DNA of 64,000 nt, from the sequence record MZ475892.1, one strand, 5' to 3'. The notes below the pieces were generated by a model. That model was not told where the DNA came from. It ran no database searches and saw only the letters and a program-made list of their open reading frames with translations. Made by a program: the position numbers and the translations under genes. The first letter of the stretch is position 1. Each line of letters starts with the position of its first letter. Positions 1-8,058 of this stretch are shown here, in pieces.

Positions 1-2397
1 GACGACGTCCTCGATGCTATCGAAAAGAAGACGAAAGTTAGTTCCGCTGATGCTGCCCGACATGCTCCTCGTATCTCGACCGGTGTGCTTGCTCTCGACA
101 TGTATCTGGATGGTGGTATCGTGCCTGGCGGCTGGTACACGTTCAGCGGCGGTGAGCAATCATGTAAGTCAACCATGACCATGAGTATCATGGCCTCTCT
201 TATTCGTCTCAAGTACAGCGGCATTAGCGTTGTGTTTGACTACGAAGGTTCTACCGATGCCGACTACGTTGCTGGTCAGCTCAAAACATTCGGCGTTAAA
301 GTCGATCCGAAAACTATCTTCGGTGTGCGTGATGAAGAAGGCGGCTGGATCATCAAGCCTACCATTCGCTACTACGCGCCTGACAACGGTGAGCGCTTCT
401 TCGATTATATGTCGATGCTGCGTCGTCGCCTGCCTGACAAGATCGTTGAGAAAGACGGTTCAGCTTACTACCTCTTCGAGAACACCAAAGAGAACTCGAA
501 GAAGCTGGCAGGCAAGTACGATAAGAAGTGGTTCAGTCGTAACAACCAGTTCAAAGTTCCTGCGCCAGATGGCCACATGCAGGCTGCTGTTATCGTTGAC
601 TCATATCCGGCAATGCTGCCTGATCAGGTCGATGACGACGACGGTTCAAAAGCAATGGCTCTGCAAGCGCGTATGTTCTCCGATGGCATCAAACGTTTCC
701 GTGGCGGTATGCGCCGTAAGATGATGACTATCGTGGGCGTTAACCAGTTGCGCCAGAAGCCTGCTGTAATGTTCGGCAGCCCTGAATATGAGCCGGGCGG
801 GGACGCTCTCAAGTTCTATTGCTTCGCTGATGACACGCGCATTCGTACCGACCACGGTGTGTTGACTGCGCCTAAGATTAAAGCGTTGCTGGACGAAGGC
901 AAAGAAGTTTGCGTTGAATCGTTCGAAGGCTTCCAGAAGATTAACGGCGCGTGGAAAGTTGAAGACGCTCCTTATCCGATCGAAGTCAATGCTGGTGGCC
1001 ATGTGTATATCGGCAGTGCTGAGCATCGCCAGTTCACCTTCATGCATGACACAACCGCAGAAGGTATGCGTGTACTTCGTCCTGAGTGGAACACGCTTAG
1101 CCAGCTGGCGCAGTACCCTTCTGCGGAAGGTCAGTATGCTGCGATTCGTCTTGCGTCCGTCGAAGAACTCAAGCAGAACACGCCTGATCAATTCGATACA
1201 TCAAGCAAGAACATCGAGCTGGTGCTGTCTAACTGTGGTCCTGAGAAGCGTGATATTAATATCCTCTCTCATGACGGCACAACGTACACAATGCCTGCTG
1301 TGCTGATCGACGCCGTTGGTCCTTACGATCACGTTGAAGACTTCGCGCATTACATTCAGGACTTCCTGAACATCGGTATCTATGCGTATGCAGACAACTC
1401 CGGTATCTGGATTCCTGGTCTGGTTGAAGCTGACCTGCACAACGCTGTTGCACGCGATGCAGACTCTGGTTATCAGGGCGTTGACTTCTACGCTACCTCA
1501 CGTCAGATCAGCTACCAGATGATGGCAGTTATCTCTGATGTGTTCCCAGAGCTGACTCGCTTCGTTCTGGACTTCAACGCTAATCACGCGGAAGAGCAGG
1601 AAGAGCAAGTTTATCTGGCTCCTGGCTTTGACATTGCCGAAGCTATGGACGGCATTCTGCACAAAGAGATCAGCGGCTACGACGACCAGTACGATCTGCT
1701 GATGCAACAACTGGCCTATGTCGAAGACTGGTTCAGTGTTGATGACCGTCTGCTGCCTGTACCGTTTACGCTGCGTGCGCTTGACAAGCAAGTTGAGTTC
1801 TGGGATGTTAACGTCGATGAAACTTCCGTCGTTATCACCAACAACTTCGTTAGTCATAACAGTGACGTTCGCGTTCGTCTGGCTTCTCGTGCTGTGCCTG
1901 AAGGTTGGCCGAAACTCAAAGACGCGCCTGGCGTTGTCGGTGAGAAGTCTGTTTCTGTTGAAGGCGGTACTGACCGCTATCGCTTCATTGCAGCCAAGAC
2001 CATCAAGAACAAGATGGGCGGTATCCCTAACCAGCAGACGTGGTTACGCCTGTGGGAAGCTGACGGTAACGGTGAAGCGCGTGGCTTTGACCCAGTGTTC
2101 GATACATGGCACTATGTCAAAACTCTCGGCCTCGTCAACGGTACGCGCAAGTCATTCAAACTGAAAGCGCCGTGCCCTGTAGCATCCGAAGTTAAGATGG
2201 ATTGGGATGACTTCCGTACGCTGATCAACGGTAACAAAGAACAGATTGTTAGCGTGTGCAAAAAGCTGAAAGTCAAACCTGTATCTCTGCGTCTGTGGGC
2301 GTTCAAGTTCGTGCAGTCCCAGAAAGGCAAAGATATGTTGAAAGCGTCGATCAGTAAGTCCGTCAAGAACGTTAACGACGACGAAGACGACGATTAA
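1..2397 (+). CDS. recA: RecA/UvsX-like recombinase, intein-containing, 5'-truncated by the window edge
   Basis: The frame is open from base 1 (DDVLDAIEKK..RISTGVLALD, the RecA ISTGxLxLD motif). Walker A variant GGEQSCKST, Walker B IVDS, then ALQARMFS, VNQLRQK, MFGSPEYEPGGDALKFY|SDVRVRL and KTIKNK. Confidence 0.93.
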   Translation, partial: DDVLDAIEKKTKVSSADAARHAPRISTGVLALDMYLDGGIVPGGWYTFSGGEQSCKSTMTMSIMASLIRLKYSGISVVFDYEGSTDADYVAGQLKTFGVKVDPKTIFGVRDEEGGWIIKPTIRYYAPDNGERFFDYMSMLRRRLPDKIVEKDGSAYYLFENTKENSKKLAGKYDKKWFSRNNQFKVPAPDGHMQAAVIVDSYPAMLPDQVDDDDGSKAMALQARMFSDGIKRFRGGMRRKMMTIVGVNQLRQKPAVMFGSPEYEPGGDALKFYCFADDTRIRTDHGVLTAPKIKALLDEGKEVCVESFEGFQKINGAWKVEDAPYPIEVNAGGHVYIGSAEHRQFTFMHDTTAEGMRVLRPEWNTLSQLAQYPSAEGQYAAIRLASVEELKQNTPDQFDTSSKNIELVLSNCGPEKRDINILSHDGTTYTMPAVLIDAVGPYDHVEDFAHYIQDFLNIGIYAYADNSGIWIPGLVEADLHNAVARDADSGYQGVDFYATSRQISYQMMAVISDVFPELTRFVLDFNANHAEEQEEQVYLAPGFDIAEAMDGILHKEISGYDDQYDLLMQQLAYVEDWFSVDDRLLPVPFTLRALDKQVEFWDVNVDETSVVITNNFVSHNSDVRVRLASRAVPEGWPKLKDAPGVVGEKSVSVEGGTDRYRFIAAKTIKNKMGGIPNQQTWLRLWEADGNGEARGFDPVFDTWHYVKTLGLVNGTRKSFKLKAPCPVASEVKMDWDDFRTLINGNKEQIVSVCKKLKVKPVSLRLWAFKFVQSQKGKDMLKASISKSVKNVNDDEDDD
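820..1860 (+). mobile_element. Intein (347 aa) inserted in the RecA-like gene at KFY|S
   Basis: Starts with Cys (CFADDTRI), has block B-like SAEH and block F/G FWDVNV...NNFVSHN, followed by Ser+1. Removing it restores GGDALKFYSDVRVRL, matching RecA GGNALKFYASVRL. Only a degenerate LAGLIDADG-like WIPGLVEADL is visible. Confidence 0.93.
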
Positions 2398-2404
2398 TTA
2401 ACTC

Positions 2405-2422
2405 GCGGTCCTTCAGGGCCGC
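2405..2422 (+). terminator. GC-rich hairpin after recA, without a U-tract
   Basis: GCGGTCC-TTCA-GGGCCGC. Confidence 0.5.
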
Positions 2423-2441
2423 CCTATATCTGGAGAAAGAA

Positions 2442-2825
2442 ATGCGTACTCTGATTCATACCGCAGACGTAACCAATCTGTCTGTGCTGGAACTGGAAGA
2501 AGGCTCTGTAGCAAAGCCTGTTACTCCAAGTCTGATTTCTGATCTCAAAGAGCTGTTATCTCGTGAAAACCTGAGCCAGAACATTCGCCACGTTGTGTTC
2601 ATCTCTGCTGACCAGGTCGGCGTATTCACCGAAGCTGAGATGATCAACTACTTCGACCCAATCGAGCAGGTGTCTGAAATCAACGCAGGCAATATCGGTA
2701 CTGTGCTGGCTATGCAGGTTATTCGTGTCGATGACAAGACTAATCTGATCGCAGTGGCTGGTGTCACTGATGTGGAAGAAGGCGTTACTATCAACGAGTT
2801 CAACGCATCGCCTGTAAATCTGTAA
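2442..2825 (+). CDS. Hypothetical protein (127 aa)
   Basis: GGAGA RBS, co-directional ORF, no recognised motif. Confidence 0.75.
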   Translation: MRTLIHTADVTNLSVLELEEGSVAKPVTPSLISDLKELLSRENLSQNIRHVVFISADQVGVFTEAEMINYFDPIEQVSEINAGNIGTVLAMQVIRVDDKTNLIAVAGVTDVEEGVTINEFNASPVNL

Positions 2826-2826
2826 A
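2819..2826 (+). promoter_or_regulatory. TCTGTAAA motif (candidate phage-sigma promoter)
   Basis: AATCTGTAAATA at a gene end; the motif recurs 9 times at gene junctions. Confidence 0.55.
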
Positions 2827-2895
2827 TAAAACAAGTGAGGGCAATCGTGTCCTCACTTAACTCACTCTGATAGGGCATTGACCCGGGAGATAAAC

Positions 2896-3618
2896 ATGAC
2901 AATCAAATTTGTCGAAGTACCGAACGTTAGTATGTTCGAGGGTCTGGTGCATGGCGCCAACCGACACGCACAAAACACCAACATCGGTGGCAAGGCTCGT
3001 TACGCATTCTACGTGGATGTGACAGAAGCTGCGGCCGAAGCTGCACTGTATTCAATGTTGCGCAAGAAGGCACACGCAGATGTTAGAGCTGTGGGCTACT
3101 CTGTTTCTCATACTGTGCGCGGTATGACTCAACCCAAAGAGATTCCTGTTTTCTTGTCCGACAACTTGTCGCACATATCATTGGATTCTTTGAAACAAAA
3201 TTTAGGTGAGTTGCTTCGCGCGCTATGCCGTTCGGCAGCCAGCTCTGATAGCAACATCATTCTGTATTACCAGAAGGACATGGCTTTCATCAAAAGCAAA
3301 ATGTTCGATTGGGTTCTTGAAAGCAAACTGAGCAGACCTTCAAAAGTAGACTGCGAACTGTATGTTCGTTCCTCAAATATCGATCTTAACGTCCTACTTA
3401 ATATCGTTAGAGATCACGATTACATTGGTCACTTTGCATCTAACATACCACAAGAGATTACAATAGGCTCTGATGCGAGTGCCATAGATGCGGTCAAGTT
3501 ATACGACACGGCCGACTTACTGGCTGCTCAAGGTCGCAAAGTGCATCTGTGCAATGACATTTATCGCAAAGCGTTGTCTATCTCCTTTGCCGACGGTATT
3601 CCGCGTAATCAACTGTAA
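2896..3618 (+). CDS. Hypothetical protein
   Basis: GGGAGA RBS before ATG 2896; no recognised motif. Confidence 0.7.
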   Translation: MTIKFVEVPNVSMFEGLVHGANRHAQNTNIGGKARYAFYVDVTEAAAEAALYSMLRKKAHADVRAVGYSVSHTVRGMTQPKEIPVFLSDNLSHISLDSLKQNLGELLRALCRSAASSDSNIILYYQKDMAFIKSKMFDWVLESKLSRPSKVDCELYVRSSNIDLNVLLNIVRDHDYIGHFASNIPQEITIGSDASAIDAVKLYDTADLLAAQGRKVHLCNDIYRKALSISFADGIPRNQL

Positions 3619-3661
3619 CCAAACACATTGCTGTGTGTAGTCTTTGGCCAAACTTAGGCTC

Positions 3662-3688
3662 GGGAGTCCAGGACGGGCTCCCATTTTT
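3662..3688 (+). terminator. Intrinsic terminator
   Basis: GGGAGTCC-AGGAC-GGGCTCCC followed by ATTTTT. Confidence 0.65.
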
Positions 3689-3705
3689 ATTTCGGAGACA
3701 GAACA

Positions 3706-4770
3706 ATGACCGACATTAGAAGCAAAACAGCCTACGAATATCTGCACGACACCTATCTTGAAAACAATTTCTTTGTTGGCGTTCCTCGATCTAAACTCAC
3801 GGCAAAGTTTCAAGAGTACCTGAAGACAACTAACGGTAGGCTGCATCGTCATGGTCTTCCTCTCGCTGACTTTATGACGTGGGCCAACATGCGTCCTGAG
3901 ATCAAAAAGGGCGAACAGCAATTTGATGCCGCTATGAGACTGCACAAACTTTCCTTTGATGCAGCCACCGTGTACACACAATTCGTATGGTCGTTTACCA
4001 AAGGTGTGTTCAAGATCGATCAAGAGATATGGAAGCATCTTGCAGAAGGTGAGCCACCCAAGATACTGCCTTCTGATACGCTCAAGCGTTTGCCTAACTG
4101 GTCACAGTGGTTAGATACATCGCTGAGAATGGTGCGCCACGATAGCGCCAGTGACACGCTGTTTGCTTTGACCACTGAAGGCTTCTGGTCAACTTACCTG
4201 TGCTATGATCATCAAAACAGAACGCACATGTTCCTCGTAGCGCCTACCGTTATGCAAATAGGCAAAGAGAGTTTCATCGCAACCACTCTGGTTATGTTTG
4301 ACATAACAAAAGACCATGAGATGGAAGACAACATGGATTGGCAAATCACTGCCACATCAACTGACGGTCAAACTTCCGTGCGCTTTACGAAAGAGCATGA
4401 AATATACGGCAAGATACTTGACGGTTTGGTTAGTGCTTGGATTGATTCTGCTGTCAATGCGTTGTTGTTCGTCGCTTCATCCGTTGATAACGTTTATAAA
4501 GGAGGTGTAAAGGGAATCGTCCCCCGCAAACAAGGTAAGACGTTCAAAGTTCTACCGATACGTGACGTGCGTGTATGGCATGTAGGTTCAGAGTTGCTTA
4601 ACGAGATACGCCAGTATGAATCTGATGTAGCCTCAGAGAGTTCTCAGAATCGTCGTGCTCACATTCGTCGTGGTCATTATCATAACTACTGGTATGGCCC
4701 ACGTGATGGTGAACGTGTACTAAAGGCCAAATGGCTTCCGCCGTGTGTCGTTCGAGGCACCGCAGAGTAA
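3706..4770 (+). CDS. AcrVA2/FinQ-family protein
   Basis: Collinear motifs WSFTKGVFKIDQEI, KRLPNWSQWLD, EGFWSTY, WHVGSELLNEIRQY, RAHIRRGHYHNYWYG and KWLPP match my recollection of the AcrVA2/FinQ family. Confidence 0.75.
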   Translation: MTDIRSKTAYEYLHDTYLENNFFVGVPRSKLTAKFQEYLKTTNGRLHRHGLPLADFMTWANMRPEIKKGEQQFDAAMRLHKLSFDAATVYTQFVWSFTKGVFKIDQEIWKHLAEGEPPKILPSDTLKRLPNWSQWLDTSLRMVRHDSASDTLFALTTEGFWSTYLCYDHQNRTHMFLVAPTVMQIGKESFIATTLVMFDITKDHEMEDNMDWQITATSTDGQTSVRFTKEHEIYGKILDGLVSAWIDSAVNALLFVASSVDNVYKGGVKGIVPRKQGKTFKVLPIRDVRVWHVGSELLNEIRQYESDVASESSQNRRAHIRRGHYHNYWYGPRDGERVLKAKWLPPCVVRGTAE

Positions 4771-4819
4771 TCACAATCAACCGTATCTTCCATAAAGGCG
4801 TTTAGCCTAGGAGAATCTT

Positions 4820-5578
4820 ATGTCAAGAGTACAAACGTTGTTCATCCCTGAAGTTGAACGTTTTGAAGCGTATGTTAAGTCGTTGCTGCACATGGCACGC
4901 ACGCTAGATAACAGCGGTCGTCAATATAACCGCACGAAACATGTAGTCGTCGTCGGCTCAACAACCCGCACAGTCGAAGCCTACGTCAAAACAACAATCG
5001 GCTCTAACACAGTTCCAGATGGCGTTTTCTGCCTCGGACTGAACCAAGCGCCTGACCTTTATAAGAAATATGACTTCGGCTCGGCTCATGTTGTACTGAT
5101 GTTCGATCTGATGTATACGTCGGAGAGTGCAATCCAATCACTCGCCCACAGACTGTTTGATATTATCCTGACACTCAAGCAGCGCCCAGAAGACAGAGAA
5201 CTGAAAAACCTTCCGATACATATCGTCGGCCAGAACTGGAAGGTGTGGGACGCTATGATGGAGTCCGGCGCAGGCAACGCAGCAAACTACGAATGCTATT
5301 CTAAGGGATTGCAGTTTGCGCCCAATCAAACTTTCGAAACAGCCTCATGCATCACGTTTGATCAGCTACTCACGCAGGACCCGAACACTTACGCCAAGCA
5401 CGACATTTCGATTGGCCGAGAGTTCACCGTGATTGATCATGCTACGCTGATTCAAAAACTCCATAACATCAAATGGGTGTTGCAGTCAGGCCAGACACAA
5501 CACAAACTCATCCTCGACCACGCGTTTCAGCGCATTTTGTTCGAGCAATATCTCTGCTATGAGTTTCAGGGTCTTTAA
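4820..5578 (+). CDS. Hypothetical protein (252 aa)
   Basis: AGGAGA RBS; long ORF. Confidence 0.75.
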   Translation: MSRVQTLFIPEVERFEAYVKSLLHMARTLDNSGRQYNRTKHVVVVGSTTRTVEAYVKTTIGSNTVPDGVFCLGLNQAPDLYKKYDFGSAHVVLMFDLMYTSESAIQSLAHRLFDIILTLKQRPEDRELKNLPIHIVGQNWKVWDAMMESGAGNAANYECYSKGLQFAPNQTFETASCITFDQLLTQDPNTYAKHDISIGREFTVIDHATLIQKLHNIKWVLQSGQTQHKLILDHAFQRILFEQYLCYEFQGL

Positions 5579-5652
5579 GAATAATCTTAGTCCGCTAACT
5601 AATTTAAAAACGTTGGCAAGTAGTGCTGACGTCTAGTTATCGGAGACATAAC

Positions 5653-5916
5653 GTGTACGAACGTAGCCTCGTGCGATTGAAGTACCACGCCAGAGCACAC
5701 CTCTGGTATAATAATACAGAACACGCTTGCAGTGAGCGGAAGGCTACTAATGTGCAATGTGAACAGTTCTTGGAAGCAACCAAGAACTGTCGCTCTGTGC
5801 AGGAGTCGCCTAGTGTTGTTTCTTTCTACTCAGGAGCCGAGCTTGTTGGTCAAGCAATATGGCAGCATGATGCAGACAGTGACAGCACACTTCAATTCCG
5901 GCTTCTACTTGCGTAA
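5653..5916 (+). CDS. Hypothetical protein
   Basis: GGAGA RBS before GTG 5653. Confidence 0.5.
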   Translation: MYERSLVRLKYHARAHLWYNNTEHACSERKATNVQCEQFLEATKNCRSVQESPSVVSFYSGAELVGQAIWQHDADSDSTLQFRLLLA

Positions 5917-5980
5917 CATCCTAAAGGGCTTTCAGATACCTCTGGCGGCCCTTTATCATTTCAATACACGGAGAAAGCCA

Positions 5981-6247
5981 ATGTCTGTTCAGATTCAACT
6001 GTCCGAGAAAAACCTCGACGATATTATGCAGCACTCCACCAGCCGCATCAGCCTGTCTGAGTTGAATGCGCGTCTGGCGCAAGATGAAATCATCATGCAG
6101 GACGTTCCACCAGCACGTCCTGCAGGCGCTGGTGTGCCTATCACTGTCGTGCGTGATATTGTTGACCGCTATCTGGAGCTGATTCGCAATCCAGGTCCGA
6201 TTGACGGTCAATGGCAGCCGCAAGAATACGCTATCGTGCAATACTGA
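5981..6247 (+). CDS. Hypothetical protein
   Basis: GGAGA RBS before ATG 5981, followed by a hairpin. Confidence 0.7.
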   Translation: MSVQIQLSEKNLDDIMQHSTSRISLSELNARLAQDEIIMQDVPPARPAGAGVPITVVRDIVDRYLELIRNPGPIDGQWQPQEYAIVQY

Positions 6248-6251
6248 TCTC

Positions 6252-6273
6252 ATGGGTGCCTTAGGGCGCCCAT
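6252..6273 (+). terminator. Hairpin, probable terminator
   Basis: ATGGGTGCC-TTAG-GGCGCCCAT. Confidence 0.55.
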
Positions 6274-6321
6274 ATTCGTTTATATGCTAATTTCTACCTA
6301 CATTCAACTAGGAGAGACAGC

Positions 6322-6981
6322 ATGAAAATATTCGTTTCGCTGTCGGCCCCACAAAAACAAAAAGAACCGCCGATTGTAACTGAATCTGATCAAAAGAATC
6401 CTCGCGTAAACGATAACAGCAAACTCGGTCAAGTGTTTGATGTGTTCGTGCTCCAGCAAATGTCCTATCTCGATATGAAAGAGATTCGTGGCTCTGCTGG
6501 TCCAAAGTACGCGCAGGTTATTGCCGACTGGCTTAACAGCCAACGCAGTATCGACAATAAGTTCCGTGTGTCTAAGCGCAGTAAGATCTCTATTGCTGTC
6601 AAGAACACTCAACAGCTTGCCGCTCGCTATACGGACATTTACCTGTTGAGTCCTGAGAGCAATAAAGAGCGTTCGTGGTTGCTTAAAGGCGAAGGCCCAC
6701 AAGGCAACAACAAGACGATTGAGATTGGTCGTAATCTCTTATTAGACGTCCTATATGCTTCTGCTCTGACGTTGCTTGGTGCACACCTCGTAACAGAAGA
6801 ATGGCCAGGCAACAGCACGTATGATCAAGTGTTGTTTGAAATGGACAAGCGAAGCAAACGTGGTAAAAGGATTGGTAAGCGCTACCCACGCATTGCCAAA
6901 GAAAATGAAAACACACTAATCACGATGATGCAGGACGGGTTGTCTATTGCAGAAATCACCGATTGGGTTCTGAAACAGTAA
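6322..6981 (+). CDS. Hypothetical protein
   Basis: AGGAGAG RBS; 219 aa. Confidence 0.75.
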   Translation: MKIFVSLSAPQKQKEPPIVTESDQKNPRVNDNSKLGQVFDVFVLQQMSYLDMKEIRGSAGPKYAQVIADWLNSQRSIDNKFRVSKRSKISIAVKNTQQLAARYTDIYLLSPESNKERSWLLKGEGPQGNNKTIEIGRNLLLDVLYASALTLLGAHLVTEEWPGNSTYDQVLFEMDKRSKRGKRIGKRYPRIAKENENTLITMMQDGLSIAEITDWVLKQ

Positions 6982-6990
6982 GAGGAATCT

Positions 6991-7803
6991 ATGTCACTCG
7001 TAAAACTTCAAGGCGTCCCGTCCTTGTCCGCGCCTACCAAGGCCCAGAAAGATGCAGCTATATATATGTTTGGCTCTAAAGGCCATTCTATCGTTGCTGT
7101 GTTGGATAAATTCAGTCGTGCCGAAGAAGTGCGTGCACCGCATCTCGATGGTCTATTGAAGCTGATGAAGGAAGGCGAAGATGATGAGATCATCAAATTC
7201 GTTTCATCTGCTGCTGGTAAGAAAGCTCTGGCTAACGCGAAAGCATTCGCCGTTGCAAAGACACTGACAGCAAGCATCAAAGCGCTTAAACTGATTCGCG
7301 TTCCAATGAAGTGGATCGACGGTCACTCGGATGTTGCTGCTGCACGCAACGAAGAAACCAAAGAGATTCGCGCACGCAAGACTGCTGGCAATCGTCCTGA
7401 GAAGCCTATCAAGCTCGATAACCCGCAAGCGCCTGCACCTGTTACTCCTAAGGCCAAGCCTGTTCACATCCCGTCTGGCAAGTCTGCTGATACGCTGGTG
7501 GATGAGATGGGTGATATTCCTGCGCGTAAGATCTCAGGCAAGAGTATGCAACAGCGTGAGGAATATTTGAATGCTCTGGGCTTCGTTATCCAGCGCAATA
7601 TTCCGCGTGCAAAAGTCAACGTCTCGGCTGACAGCGTTATGGTAACTAAAGGCTCCAAGATTTATACCATTGCACTGACGCCACAAGCGTGGACGCTGCA
7701 AGAAGGTGTGACTAAGAAGCCTAAGCGCATCGGCACAACGTTCGACGTTGTTGCTATACTGTCTGCGATTGATCCTTCGTTCGCTTCGGTCCTGATGAAG
7801 TAA
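6991..7803 (+). CDS. Hypothetical basic (K/A/P-rich) protein
   Basis: GAGGA RBS; 270 aa. Confidence 0.75.
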   Translation: MSLVKLQGVPSLSAPTKAQKDAAIYMFGSKGHSIVAVLDKFSRAEEVRAPHLDGLLKLMKEGEDDEIIKFVSSAAGKKALANAKAFAVAKTLTASIKALKLIRVPMKWIDGHSDVAAARNEETKEIRARKTAGNRPEKPIKLDNPQAPAPVTPKAKPVHIPSGKSADTLVDEMGDIPARKISGKSMQQREEYLNALGFVIQRNIPRAKVNVSADSVMVTKGSKIYTIALTPQAWTLQEGVTKKPKRIGTTFDVVAILSAIDPSFASVLMK

Positions 7804-7807
7804 CAAC

Positions 7808-7836
7808 AAAAGGGTGGCCTAAGGGTCGCCCTTTTT
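7808..7836 (+). terminator. Intrinsic terminator, possibly bidirectional
   Basis: AAAAGGGTGGCC-TAAG-GGTCGCCCTTTTT. Confidence 0.8.
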
Positions 7837-8058
7837 CGATCTATTTGCGTGCCAATCGTAAATAACCTTTCCTCTGCGTTGCCTCTTCTACTCCTGCCTC
7901 GACGCCCACACGCTGCATACTCATTCCATTTGTCTCTACTAACTCTGGCTCTAACTCAAAACTTGCCTCAGTTTCCTGCTAACCTGATCGCTAATTCCTA
8001 TCTGCAAGCCAAGTTCTTGCATACGCAAATTTGCTATTAGGTTAAGAGGAATATTCCC

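Noticed and set aside
85-87. ORF-track start of the recA-like gene at 85
   Set aside because: The frame is open back to base 1 and includes the conserved ISTG motif, so the true start is upstream of the window.
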